63,831 bases of DNA, filler included, from Octopus bimaculoides (GCF_001194135.2; 7 parts of 7 records of this genome joined end to end with filler, not necessarily neighbours in it); one strand, 5' to 3'; numbered from the whole stretch's first letter, positions 23,971 through 37,779 are shown. Notes: generated by a model not told the origin, from the sequence alone. Numbers and translations: made by a program.

Positions 23971-25364
23971 TTATATATATATATATTATCTCTCTTCCCA
24001 GATTTTTATAAATAGATAATAACGTATCTATTCATTCTTGATAGACTCCGGCAGATTCGTAGATGAATATCCGATTGCCAGTTGTTCTTCGTCATCAGAG
24101 GGCACTTCTTCTCTTTAGACGATGTGTATTCGTAACACACGTGATACACTAGTGTAAGAAGGTTTTAAGACACCACATGTATTTCGACTTTGTTGTGTGG
24201 TTCCTCAGTCAAACTACCCCGGTGAATTTGGAAGAGCAAGAGAATTTGTTTATAGGAATTAACACACGAATTATTTGCTCATGCGCGTTGATGTCTCCTA
24301 AACAGGATACCCACGGAACTGCGGGAATACAAACATATTTATTCGTTCTTAATACATTATGGCAGATTTGAACATGAATATCTGATCGCTGTTGTTTTCC
24401 ATCATCGGAGTACACTTTCCAGTAAAGGATGTCTCTTCATTAACACATGCGATTTACCAGTGAATGGTGTTATACTAAATTTCTTTTTGTGTCATGCATT
24501 GATTATTTTGTAAGTTTTCTAGTTGCACATAACCGCTACCTCCCCCTATGTATGTAATTATAATTCTTCTCTATCTAAGTCAATAAATTATTCCAAGAAC
24601 ATTGAAAGTGTTGATGTCTATTCTCTGATTTATTTATTCATTCATTTGTTCATTTACGTATTTATTTGCGTTCAGTTCTGCGACATTTCTTTCCAATATT
24701 TTCTTCCGTTTTTGTTTTGTGCTCTATCTAGTTTATCGATTCCTAAGTATCAGTAAATTAATCTTTGGTCTACTTCCCTTATCTCTGTTACCCTATCTAA
24801 CATGATAGGAGTGTTCTAAATTAAATATCTTTTCTTTTTATAGTTGCTTGGCTTCTTTGTGTAACAGAGGTAGCGCAGTACATAAGTATCGCGTTGCTGA
24901 GGTGATGATAGAAGATATGTGGACTTTGAAGACCGAATGACGGCTAAAAATCAAGAACTCTGCGGAAATTTGTTCGGCTGAGAGAACGAAAAGAGCAAAA
25001 AGCTGATTAGTTATATCTATGGTACCAAGAGCCACTTGAATATTTTCCTTTAATGAAATGCTGTAAAAAGACAGCGGAGTGCAGTAGCAGTCTACAATAT
25101 CCAGAGTGTTAGCTGTTACTGTTCCAAAGATGGCATCGGATGCCACCACAGCTACCAAACGCTTCGTCTTCTGGCCATACGAATCCTAACAAACAACAGC
25201 GCTTAGCTTCAGCCCTAAGAAATTTGTAAAAATATCCATTGTTTCAACCTGAACAGAATCGTAGTTTTATCTAATTTTCGTGTAATCGAAAAGAGAATTG
25301 AATATGATAATTTTTCGTGAGTCTGTTTTTAGATTAAAATTTTCTCAAGTTGGGAAATTATTGT

Positions 25365-25821
25365 TATCTTTTATCTTTTACTTGTTTCAGTCATTAAACT
25401 GCCAGCAAGCTGGAGCACCACCTTGACAAATTTTAGTCAAACAAATCAACCCCAATGCTTACTTTTTAAAGCCTGGTACTTATTCTATCGGCTACTTTTG
25501 ACGAACCAAATCTCAGGAAGTGACGGGGATAAACACGCACACGCACACACATACACCNNNNNNNNNNNNNNNNNNNNNNNNNNNNNNNNNNNNNNNNNNN
25601 NNNNNNNNNNNNNNNNNNNNNNNNNNNNNNNNNNNNNNNNNNNNNNNNNNNNNNNNNNNNNNNNNNNNNNNNNNNNNNNNNNNNNNNNNNNNNNNNNNNN
25701 NNNNNNNNNNNNNNNNNNNNNNNNNNNNNNNNNNNNNNNNNNNNNNNNNNNNNNNNNNNNNNNNNNNNNNNNNNNNNNNNNNNNNNNNNNNNNNNNNNNN
25801 NNNNNNNNNNNNNNNNNNNNN

Positions 25822-25853
<32 letters not shown>

Positions 25854-26021
25854 GACGGGCTTCTTTCAGTTTTTGTCTACCAACTCCACTCACAAGGCTT
25901 TTGTCGGCCAGAAGCAGTATTGTAGTAGAAGACACTTGCCAAAGGTGCCACGCAGAGGGACTGAAACCGGAACAATGTGGGTGGGAAGCAAACTTCTTAC
26001 CACACAGCTACACCTGCGCCT
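25365..26021 (-). mobile_element. SINE family A, full length (internal microsatellite collapsed into N-gap)
   Basis: Tail TCTTTTACTTGTTTCAGTC at 25375 and head ..CACACAGCTACACCTGCGCCT at 26021. Confidence 0.9.
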
Positions 26022-26339
26022 ATAAACCGTTGCAATATTTGATCGTTGGAAACAGGTAATTTTTTCCTTTAAAATTTCACCTAGGATAAAGATTTGACTT
26101 ACAAAGGTAGTCGAGACAGACGACCACAATAATGGCAGGGGTTGAAAGTAGGAAAAATTGTTTAATGTAAGAGAGGGGGAGAGAGAAAGAGGAAGAGAGA
26201 GAGAGAGAGAGAGAAAGAGAAACAGACAGACAGACAGACAGACAGACAATCAGACAAACAGAGTCAGAGAAATTTCAGTGAAAGTCTGAATCTTGTAGTG
26301 TTTCCGTTACATCACAAAATGTTAGGATGCAAATGGGTG

Positions 26340-26700
26340 GCTACGACAGCAACAACCTGAGAACAACAACAAAATTAATAAAAGACAGAGTGATAACAAC
26401 AACAGAGTCAATGATAATGCAGTCAATGTTATTACCACCACCACCACCACCACCATCACCAACAACAACTACAACAACAAAAATGCTTGCATTTATTTAC
26501 GATGGAGAAAATTTTCCGTTTGTCTTAATCTGGAATAGAAATAGATGAGAAACCATGTGCCCCAGCAATTCAACAAACGGTAAAACTCTACCACTATCAC
26601 CATCACTACCACCACGACCACGACCACCACCACCACCACTACCACCACCGCCGCTGCCACCACCGCCACCACCGCCACCGCTTCCACCGCCACCACCACT
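26340..26700. repeat. (ACA)/(ACC) trinucleotide low-complexity tract
   Basis: Directly visible; gives the poly-P/T and poly-V/W ORFs. Confidence 0.9.
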
Positions 26701-27581
26701 NNNNNNNNNNNNNNNNNNNNNNNNNNNNNNNNNNNNNNNNNNNNNNNNNNNNNNNNNNNNNNNNNNNNNNNNNNNNNNNNNNNNNNNNNNNNNNNNNNNN
26801 NNNNNNNNNNNNNNNNNNNNNNNNNNNNNNNNNNNNNNNNNNNNNNNNNNNNNNNNNNNNNNNNNNNNNNNNNNNNNNNNNNNNNNNNNNNNNNNNNNNN
26901 NNNNNNNNNNNNNNNNNNNNNNNNNNNNNNNNNNNNNNNNNNNNNNNNNNNNNNNNNNNNNNNNNNNNNNNNNNNNNNNNNNNNNNNNNNNNNNNNNNNN
27001 NNNNNNNNNNNNNNNNNNNNNNNNNNNNNNNNNNNNNNNNNNNNNNNNNNNNNNNNNNNNNNNNNNNNNNNNNNNNNNNNNNNNNNNNNNNNNNNNNNNN
27101 NNNNNNNNNNNNNNNNNNNNNNNNNNNNNNNNNNNNNNNNNNNNNNNNNNNNNNNNNNNNNNNNNNNNNNNNNNNNNNNNNNNNNNNNNNNNNNNNNNNN
27201 NNNNNNNNNNNNNNNNNNNNNNNNNNNNNNNNNNNNNNNNNNNNNNNNNNNNNNNNNNNNNNNNNNNNNNNNNNNNNNNNNNNNNNNNNNNNNNNNNNNN
27301 NNNNNNNNNNNNNNNNNNNNNNNNNNNNNNNNNNNNNNNNNNNNNNNNNNNNNNNNNNNNNNNNNNNNNNNNNNNNNNNNNNNNNNNNNNNNNNNNNNNN
27401 NNNNNNNNNNNNNNNNNNNNNNNNNNNNNNNNNNNNNNNNNNNNNNNNNNNNNNNNNNNNNNNNNNNNNNNNNNNNNNNNNNNNNNNNNNNNNNNNNNNN
27501 NNNNNNNNNNNNNNNNNNNNNNNNNNNNNNNNNNNNNNNNNNNNNNNNNNNNNNNNNNNNNNNNNNNNNNNNNNNNNNNNN

Positions 27582-27625
<44 letters not shown>

Positions 27626-27627
27626 TA

Positions 27628-28057
27628 AAGGCGGCGAGCTGGCAGAATCGTTAGCACGCCGAGCGAAATGCTTAGCGGTATTTCGTCTGCCGCTACGTTC
27701 TGAGTTCAAATTCCACCGAGGTCGTCTTTGCCTCTCATCCTCTTCGAGGTCAATAAATTAAATACCAGTGAAACATTGGGGTCGGTCTAATCGACTTGTC
27801 CCCACCCCGAAAATTTCAGACCTTGTCTCTAGTAGAAAGCTTTATTATAATTATTATTATTATTATTATTTAAGGTTAGCTGGAAGACTCGTTAGAACGT
27901 CGGACAAGATGCTTAGCTGCATTTATTTCGCCGAGGTTAATTTTGCCTTTCGTCCTTTCCGGATGGATAAGAAAAAGTACAAGTTGAGCACCGGGTGCAA
28001 CGTAGTCGACCGCCTGCTTCCCTTCAAATTTCAGGCCTTGTACCTACTGCAGAAAGA

Positions 28058-28092
<35 letters not shown>

Positions 28093-28290
28093 GAAGGTAG
28101 CACACTGACAGAATCTGTGGCATTTTTCTCCACGTTTTACATTCTGCATTCAAATTCTGCAGGAATTAACTTTGCATTTCATCCTTTCGGGGTGGATAAC
28201 ATAAAATATCAGTTGACCAAGGGGTACGATGTAACCGACTAAACCCCTCCCCTCAAAATTGATGGCATTGTGCCAAAATTTGAAACAATC
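27628..28290 (+). mobile_element. Three head-to-tail SINE family B copies separated by (ATT)n
   Basis: Copies at about 27628-27839, 27872-28057 and 28094-28290, each preceded by (TTA)n. Confidence 0.9.
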
Positions 28291-28307
28291 ATATTTTTCT
28301 CATCATC

Positions 28308-28454
28308 AGGTGCAGGCGTGGCTGTGTAGTAAGAAACTTTCTTCCCAAACACATGGTTCCGGGTTCAGTCCCACTGCGTGGCATCTTGGGCAAGTGTCTT
28401 CTCTTCTACTATAACCTTGTGACCGGATTTAGTGGACGGAAACTAAAATAAAAC

Positions 28455-28491
<37 letters not shown>

Positions 28492-28745
28492 ATGTGTGTG
28501 TGTGTGAATGTGTGTGTTTGTGCGTGTGTCTGTGTCTTTTTGTTAGTGTTTGTCCCCACCACTGTTTCACAACCGGAGTTGGTGTGTTTACATAGCTGTA
28601 TATTAGCGGTTCAACAAAGAAACAGATAGAGTAAGTGCAGGCTTAAAGAAAAAGAGGAAAAAAAATCAGTACTGAGGTTGAATCATTCGACTAAAAATTC
28701 TTCAAGCTGATGCCCCAACATGGCCGCAATCTAATTGCTGAAAAC
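28308..28745 (+). mobile_element. SINE family A, full length
   Basis: AGGTGCAGGCGTGGCTGTGTAGTAAG head, internal (TA)n/(TG)n, conserved 3' half. Confidence 0.9.
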
Positions 28746-29332
28746 AATCATCATTGTTATTATAAATAAACGAAAATAAAATTATTATCATTATCATCAT
28801 CGCCATCATCATCATCATTATCATCAACATTAACTGGTGTGTCAAAAACGCTGGTGAAACTGAATAATGTGACACTTAACTTTCCCAAGGAGCGAGCTCT
28901 TTAGGGAATTCAGGTGTGTAAAAAGAAACACCTTAATTGGCGTCGGAAACAAAAGTAGGACAGAGAAAGGCAGCTCAATTCTGTTTCTTTGCGATCTGTA
29001 TTTCTGTATTTCTTTACAATTATTAAATCATTTGCGTCTTGGAACACGTCCTTACCATTAACATGTATGTATGTATGTATGTATGTATGTATGTATGAAT
29101 ATATACATATATACATACATACATATTCATATACATTTATGAGTGAGAGAGTGTAATTATATATGCATGCATATTTAAGCAGACATATGACAGTTCTATG
29201 TACACTATACAACATTCTGTTATCTAAAAACAATCTCAATGACTGCTATATTTGACTGAGAGTAGCTGAACAAAAATGATTGACATCAACTTCGAAAATT
29301 AGCTCTAGTTGAGTATTTCACAACAGTTTAAT

Positions 29333-29475
29333 ATATTAAATACACCTGAATGACGTAATTAGCAGTTTTATATTTAATACACCTGGACGACTTAATTAGC
29401 AGTGTTATATTTACCTGAACGACATAATTTGCAGTGTTATATTAAATACACCTGAACGACATAATTAGCTGTGAA
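29333..29475. repeat. 37-bp minisatellite, about 4 copies, with degenerate extension to about 30140
   Basis: Unit ~ATTAAATACACCTGAACGACATAATTAGCAGTGTTAT. TACACCTG at 29341, 29378 and 29447, with a shortened copy at 29412. Confidence 0.85.
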
Positions 29476-30224
29476 GTTTCAAACATACTTGAATGTAACA
29501 TCACTGGTATAACATATGAAACATTGTAATTGAGACAGGACAAACGTCAGATCTGTGATATTAATCATAAGCAAATAACGCAACTGTAATGGCTCAAACA
29601 GACATAAACGTCACAACTTTTTAATAATTGATAAACACTTACAAACACTTTGGTTAAGTGATAAACGACACATATATGATTTTAAACGTACCAAGGTAAC
29701 TTAATTATTTGTGGTATATTAAAGACGTCAGAAGTATGTAGCACTGGCATATTTAACACAACTGGACGTACGGCAGTGATATATTTAACACACCTGAATG
29801 ACATTGCTATATGAAACTCATTAGAGGGGTGCAATCGTACATTAGACACACCAGAACAATATTGTTATTGGTAAAACTTTTATTACTCCCATGTTATTCG
29901 ATAGTATTATATTAAAACGATCTAAAAGATACAACAGTGATATTTTAAACACACCAGAGCAACATAACGGTGGTACATTAAACAGATCTCGTGACGCAAC
30001 AATGGCATATTAAAACTACGAGACACAATACTGATCTATTAAAGACATGTGAATGATGTAACAAATAAGTTAAACATAAAGCGAATGGAAATTATAATAA
30101 CTCTTATAACACATGCTGAGTCGAGTTAGTATTAAACATATCTTTACGCATGATGTATCTTAGCACTACGGACCTACCAAATATTTCTTTTATTCAGACA
30201 TAGAGAAGAAAAGCTATATCGTTA

Positions 30225-30610
30225 GTAGGCCGTACAAAATGCTAAGCGGCATTTCATCCGATTTTACTTTTTGAGTTCAAATGCCACCGATGTCAACTTT
30301 GCCTTTCATCCTTTTTGGGGTCGATAAAATAAGTACCAGTTGGGAACTCCCCTCAAAATTTCAGGCCATGTGCCTATAGAAGAAAGGCCTATAATAAAGG
30401 AGATGAATTGGCTGAACAGTTAGCACAGCGGACAACATGCTTAGCAGCATTTCGTCAGTCTTAACGGGTTCAAATTCCGCCGAAATCGACTTTGCCTTTT
30501 ATTTTTTCAGGGTTGGTAAAATAAATACCAGTTGACCATTGGAGTCGATGTAATCGACTTACTTCCTTCCCCGAAATTGCTGGCCTCGTGCCAAAATTTG
30601 AAACTAATAT
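30225..30610 (+). mobile_element. Two tandem SINE family B copies
   Basis: TTTGCCTTTCATCCTTTTTGGGGTCGATAAAATAAGTACCAG near 30298 and GACTTTGCCTTT..TAAAATAAATACCAG near 30488. Confidence 0.85.
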
Positions 30611-32424
30611 TTCTAATTAATACGCACCATGTTAAACAATTTCAGAAATACTTCCCCTAATAATAACCAAAAAGTTAATGAACGAAAACGAAAGAAAAGT
30701 TTTGTTTCAGTTTGGTCAGTATTTTAAAATACTTAAAACGAACAGAGGCTATTAAAAAGCTAACCGAAAATGCAACTGCGGCAAGAAAAATGTCATATCA
30801 GACAATGATGGATATTATTTTGGTTTTTTTTTTTTTGATAACTACCGAAAACAATTCGAGACATATTTCGGGCATATTCTGCCCTCAGTTACCTTCAAAC
30901 TTACCAAAGTACTGGTGAACCGAGCAATTAGTAAATTTAGAATACATTGAATTTGCTATGAGGTTTCTAAATATTGCAACAGATCATTGTGACAGAGCTT
31001 TTAAAATTGCTGATGCAATACAACCAAAGCACTCGCTGACAGTTTTTATGTACCAAATTTTACTCATAAAGATTGAGTCGACTTGAGGCCAACTAGATCA
31101 CAATTAATTAAGAAGCATCACAACAGGATAGAACTCAGAACCACGAGTAACGAAACGTAGCTCTTGAGTACAGAGTACACCCACACGTATGCTGTGTATA
31201 CATTCAGAGACATACAGAAAAACATACATCATGTATACACATACATGCCTCTACAAATGCATATTTTCACACAGAGATATATATCTATTCATATAGGTAT
31301 ATACATGCATACATATACAAACATACATACATACATACATACATACATACATACATACATAAGACATACATACATGTGTGTATGCACGTACATACATACA
31401 TACATGTGTGTATACATGTACATACATATATACATACACTCGTAACAAAGTCAGATTAATGATTGTCAGTTCTAAACAATTTTTTACTTCCAGTCAGAAC
31501 GAGGTTTATTTTTTGTTGCTTTTTTAAATAAAGGAAGCCATTTTGGATTTTTTATTTCTTTTTTCGTTATTTATTTTTTTCTACTTTTTTTTGTTATTGT
31601 GTCAAAGATACAAAGGTATGTAATTAGTACTTTATTACCTGATTTCAACAATTAGTACTTTTATTAGATTCATTAAACAAAGCGCAAATTCACCGTACGC
31701 ACCACACACACACACACCAGCACCTTCGACAACAACAACAATGACGACGACTACGACAGCGACAAGAACAAAAAAGATGACAGCAAATGAGAGATGAAAA
31801 GTAATAAAGTAAAAAGAAAAATGCAAAAAAGCAAACAATAAGGATTCCGAAAAAATATATAATAAATACAGCCAAAAAAATACCAAAAAAGACACAGATG
31901 TTGGTCTGAAATAATGGTTGTTGATTGCTCAGCTGCCTTCTGTGATAGTATTTGTTGCAGTTGTTGTTGTCGCCTCTGTTGTTGTTGTTGTTGTTGTTGC
32001 TAATGTTTGCTTGGACAATTTTTTGTGTCCGTTTTTTCTTTATTTTATGTTATATTTTTTGTGTTGTTGTCACTTTTACTCTGTAATTTTTTTTCTCTCT
32101 CTCTCTCTCTTTCTGTTTATTGATCCACATATCTCTTCCCACTCTACCCTCCTTTGTCTGTCTTCCTATCTCACTCGCCTCACACCGACCTCATCATCCT
32201 CATCATCATCATATCACTCTGTCTCTTTTTACACCTGCTAACAACAACAGCATACAGACAATCCGTGTCGATAATTTATCATTCTGTTTGCAGCCCCTAA
32301 CGAGCTTTCAGCTCGTTAGGTTGTCATTTTGTTTCTTTTTTGGTCTGTGTGTGTTCTATTCTATTACTCTCCCACCTCGCATTCACTTCACCCACCTTTC
32401 TCTCATTCTCTCTCNNNNNNNNNN

Positions 32425-32458
<34 letters not shown>

Positions 32459-32600
32459 TGTACATATGGATGTATATGCGCGCGCGTGTGTGTGTGTGTG
32501 TGTGTGTGCACAAGCTACATATATGTAAGTGACTAATTATCTGTCGATCTAACTACACGCGCACACACATACATATGTATATGTACATATGCTTACATAC

Positions 32601-32659
<59 letters not shown>

Positions 32660-32836
32660 TGTATGCATGAATGTATGTGTGTGTGTATATATATATAAAT
32701 GCTTGCATGTATACGTTGATTATAACGAGCACTGCACAAATGTACTTAATATATAATGTAGAGTATAATTAAGCGAATATATATATATATGAATGTATAT
32801 ATGTATATACATACATGCGTCCGTATGCATGTATGC

Positions 32837-32884
<48 letters not shown>

Positions 32885-33647
32885 GCACACGCACACACAC
32901 ACGCACACCCACACACATACACACACACACACATACATACATAGACGTAGACCATACTCGTATTTATGGTCAGATCTAACCCTAACCTCTGCTGACACCC
33001 ATTTCTATATTATTTTCTTTTTACCTCCGACATTGCCTTTACTGCATTAAGCAGTTGAAATTAATAAAAGCCTCTTTATTGTTACATTTTACACGTAGTA
33101 GTTCCTTTTAATTTTATACCAAATTAGTGTTTGTGTTTTTTGGTATGTTGTTTTTATTTTATTGTTATTCATGCTGTAATTTATTTTAATTTGTTTATTT
33201 CTATATTTTTTTTATTTAATTTCATTTATTTTGTTTATTTTTATTTTGTTTTTATTTTTATTTTATTTTATTTATTTGTAATATGGTAGGAACCTGTGAG
33301 TCTGCTTTCGGTAAGTCGTCTGTGAATAAACTCTAGAAACTGATTTCAGCTTTTACTAGAATCCGCTTTGCTTCCTTCTATTTCCATCATTCCCTAAACT
33401 GAAGCAGATAGGATAGCTGTTGTTGTTGCAGTTATTGTTGTTACTTTTATTGTTGTTCCAATTATCGTTTTGAAGTTGTTTTTGCTGCTTTATTAATCGT
33501 TTTAGGCAGGAGAAACGGAGTGCACATCATTGTTGTCAGTGCCTCTGATATTAATGGAGTTAGCTTCAGAGCTGGGAATTCGCTCAAAGCTTTGCAACAG
33601 ACTGGACTCTCTGATAAAGACACACAAATGACAATCAACTCATATAT

Positions 33648-33850
33648 CGGTTTCAAATTTTTGCACGAGGCTAGCACGAAGGAGATAATCGAGTGAATCG
33701 ACCCCAATACTCAACTGGTACTCATTTTATCGACCCTGAAAGGATGAAAGGCAAAGTCGACGTCGGCGGAATTTGAACACTGAACGTAAAGGCGTACGAA
33801 ATGCCACTAAGCATTTCGCCCGGCGTGCTGACGATTTTGCCAGATCACCA
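33648..33850 (-). mobile_element. SINE family B
   Basis: Reverse complement of family B (ATCGACCCTGAAAGGATGAAAGGCAAAGTCGAC at about 33729). Confidence 0.88.
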
Positions 33851-35779
33851 TCTTACAATCAACTCACATATTACCATCTGAAATATGAGAAATGCAGTCT
33901 CTAATATGCAAAAAATAAAGAGAAATAAAGTCTATACAAAAAACAATGCTCACAACTGGAACACCTGATCAAAAAATAACTAGCAAAGCTTCCTTAAAAT
34001 GCTAATATTTCACAATCAATAGATAATATGAATAGCGTGGATGTAATTTAGGCTAAGGTTAGATTATCCTAGGTTAATCCTTCTCAAGGATAACAATATA
34101 TTTTTTTGATATTAACGTCACACCTGGTAAGTATGAAGTACCTTGGTAACATTTCGGGGCAGCTGCTGATCACGAGCAATTGTTCAACAGATAAGTGATA
34201 TAATCGATACATTCTATTAAATTTAGAGATTTAGGAACTTCGATATCTCCATCATTCAGTACCTATTTTTTTTTATTTATTTCTCTTAGATTACAGAAGC
34301 GTAACTTTCAAATGTAATCTTCTGTCATGGTCTAGACATTTTGAGCCAACATAAACTTTTAGATATAAAGAGAATGTATGAAAGATAGATTAGATTAAAA
34401 TGCAGGATATGTTAAAAATCGAACAGTGTATATATATCAGCTTCTCGATATATAGGTCAATGAGAAAATTATTAACTACACAACCTATATAAAATGTGTA
34501 CTAAATATTTCCTTATAAGATTCTCAAAGATAATGGAGCATTTAATGAAGATTTTTCTGTTGTATTTGAAAATAATGTTATTCTGTCTACTCCTTCTCCT
34601 CTTCATCCTTATCCGCACGCTGGGGTTCCCGTCCGTAGGAATGTGATGATGGGATGAAAAGTAAACAAAACTAACTTGTGTCATGTCTCAAAAATGCATA
34701 ATGTAATTCCAAGGTTGCGACTGCTGGAATGTTGTCTTAAAGTGCCCCGCCTTATAGAACCTAACTACTTCCTCTTCATATATTTTTGGTAAAATGCCAT
34801 CGAAAGCTTATTTTGTTTTTCACATACTTAAAAATTTAATAAACATTTTTTTTTTGCATATAAATTTTAATAGAACAAACGCCCGCATATAAATAGGCTG
34901 ACTACAAGTGAGGTGATGTAACGCCTAAAGTCTTCCACATTGAAACTCACTAGTTATCTACCGCAAGATTTATTTAAGTATGTTAAAATTTATTTCGAGC
35001 TGTATACTTAAATTCTATTCAATATTACAAATATGCCTAAAGTCTGCCATCAGCCCTCGTTACCACACGCATTATTAGATCATCTCTGAAGGTCTATGAA
35101 GCTTGTATATAGAACTAATTACTAGAGGTCAATGAAGAAGGTAAATAATACCTTGGGGGTCTACAATGTTGGTACATAAGGCCAGTTACTGTTTGTCTAT
35201 GAAGTTGGTATGTAGATATGAGAGATATGTAGGCTGGTAAGTATGTATGTATGTAGATAAATAGACAGGGGTATAGGAAGGTATGTGGATAGGTGTGTGT
35301 ATAGGTAGATAAACTGTTAGGTAACATCTCGTTAAATATTTAGCAATAATGTTACTAAGCTCAAATTTAATTTTACATCAATTTTTCAGGACATTTATGT
35401 GACTTTTCGACCTGCTAATATTAGCAACTAAATATTCTCCAAAGTGTATGCTCCCATCTTAAAGAAGATACATTTTTCTTAGTGGCAGTGGGGAAGATGG
35501 ATGGTCACTGTTGGAAAGCTTTTACGCTTGACTGCACGTCTGCTCGATCACAGTTAGCCAGAGGTTAAACCACATTAATTACATTTCGGTACGGTCCTTC
35601 CGCAGCAGTTGGTTGAACACAGTGGTAAATCATAACCAGGTCTCTCTTGGCTCACTTTCTTCATTCGACTGACAGTTAAGGACATTGAGATAATGACTGC
35701 TGATGTAGCCAGGGCAAGATTTGCAAATTGTTATATGAGCAAGATGATAATGATGACGACAATGATGATAAGGATATTG

Positions 35780-36650
35780 GCACTTTCCCTGCTTATATTG
35801 ATCAACTCCACCCAGTAATCCACCTACTCTGCCAAAAAATCCTGAACTCTAATATTAAAATTCACATATAAAGAAATATGTACATCGATCAGCTCTACAG
35901 GTCTTGCTCTAATCATCATATTTGATAACTCTATTCTCAATTATGCAGTATTTCCTTACACAACCTCTCCAGATCGAATACCAGCAGTTTACACGAGCAA
36001 TTGTTTCGTAACTAATGTGTAATCTTCTACTTCGTCGTTGGATCACCAAGAAATAGGAGCCAAATCACCATCCCCTAGTGCTTTCAGGAGAGACAGATTT
36101 CATAATGTAATCCTAGATACTATGTGTATTAATGAAGTCCGAGAAATACCTTTGATCGTTCATTAAACGCAAAGCAGGAGATGAGCAACAAAAACTAGAT
36201 GTAAATTACAAAATTTGGAATCACACTCCCGTAAAATAATTACATCATTTTGCTTGCTGTTTCTGCACAAGAGATTATTTCAAAAATGTACAACTTCTTT
36301 CTTCAGAAGTTTGTTATCAACATTGGATTCACTGAAGTGGACTTTTTAGCATAGCCTTCGGCGAAACACAATATGTCTCTTATGCAACATTCGAAACAAA
36401 CTTCGGAAAATTTTAGAGAGAAGAGTAAGATGATGGCTGATCATATTTAATGTCTAATCTCAAAATCTTATGGCTTGATGAAAGCATCATTTGTGCATTT
36501 CTTGAAGCCAAAGATATTCGTGCTATCTTACATAAATGTCTACTTGAACCAATTAATCAATTAAAGAACACTCATGAAAATAAATCAGAGAAATTTCTCC
36601 TCCTTCTTGATGAAAACGAGAATGTTTTGGCCACTTGTAATGTTTGACTA
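35780..36650 (+). mobile_element. Highly decayed APE-type LINE (I/Jockey-like): endonuclease and start of RT
   Basis: Degenerate translations PVIHLLCQ (cf. LCLQE), GLALIIIFDNSI (cf. GGVAILI.NSI), SPSPSAFRRDRFHN (cf. LPSPFLLLGDFNAHN) and NTICLLCNIRNKLRKILERRVR*WL (cf. RPISLL..K.LE.I..RRL.W) occur in the expected order. Confidence 0.5.
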
Positions 36651-37779
36651 TGATAATTCACTTTTCTCAATATCCTTGATAAAATATCAAAAACTTTAAA
36701 TTAATTCCGCTTGTAATTTTTTTGTATAATATTGTATTCATTCATACATACTACCAAACAATAATATATCTATTACTAAGAACATCTATGTTCTCAGCAA
36801 TTTCAATGTTTTTTTACGAAATGAGGTTTTCAGACGTTCCGTTTTGTTTCGTTAAGATTTGAGTTTATGGTCCTACTGCAATCAGTCCAAAAATTATCAA
36901 GATGACTATATGATAGCCCTACAAATGTTTTGTCCTACACCAGTGTTAAGCAATGTCATTGATTAACGTATTATTCCAGCATAACTCTTAGCAACATAAC
37001 CAGGATAAAGCAATACTAATTTATAGTCCAGAAATATCAGAGGTTAAATGCTTTGTTTCACGACTGACTTCATAAACTGAGAAAAATTGAATTAAAATTA
37101 AACAAAAATTAAATTAAAAGCTACTTGCTTGTTCGGTCTGACACAGTTGACCAATCACCCAACATTACCCTAAAATTAAACATATTTCATAACAAAATTT
37201 CACATTTTCCTTATACGCAATAAACAGCTCCGCGTAAAAACTCAATTTCATATACATTATTTTTTTTTTTATTATTTTGTTAAAGAAAAAATATTATTTT
37301 ACGAATTTGTTTAAAAGTTAACTACTTTAAATATATAAAAGGAAACAGACAATTTCAGACCATTTTACAATATTTTATTTTTTTTAAATAACGAACAGAT
37401 TTTTTATTATTTAGAAAACAGTCTCAGTTCGTGACAGTTTTAAACTAGCTACAATACACGTCTGGATGTCAGGTTTTTCTTTTCTACTTTTTTCTAATGT
37501 ACCTCGTAAACTTCTAGTTTATGTTTTTGATATTTCACATTTTTAAGTAGAAAATTTTTTGTATGATTATTTTCATTTCTTTTATTTCGTCAAGTTTTCT
37601 TATTTCAAACCTTTTCTTTAACAATTTTTTATTCGCATTTTCTCTGCGGTAGTTCTTTCTTCATTCTTTCTTTCTTTTTTTTTTTTACATTTTTTTTTAC
37701 CTTAAATACACTTCATGGTTCTTACATATTATTAACACTGATTCGTAGTGGCAATTTCCAACATCAACAATAAAGAACC

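Noticed and set aside
24209-24415. GDINAH motif suggesting an APE endonuclease
   Set aside because: An isolated 6-aa match; other APE motifs are absent at the expected spacing.
29333-29475. CRISPR-like 37-bp periodicity
   Set aside because: Units are contiguous with no unique spacers, in a eukaryotic context with no cas genes; it is a minisatellite.
33466-33715. Open frame ..GRRNGVHIIVVSASDINGVSFRAGNSLKALQQ.. after a weak TTTTAG acceptor
   Set aside because: There is no good donor before it runs into a SINE at about 33650, and no domain is recognised.
34073-34132. AG..GTAAGT-bounded micro-exon candidate (similar at about 33290-33316 and an acceptor at about 34290)
   Set aside because: The 34073 unit has stops in all frames, and the others have weak or missing partner sites.
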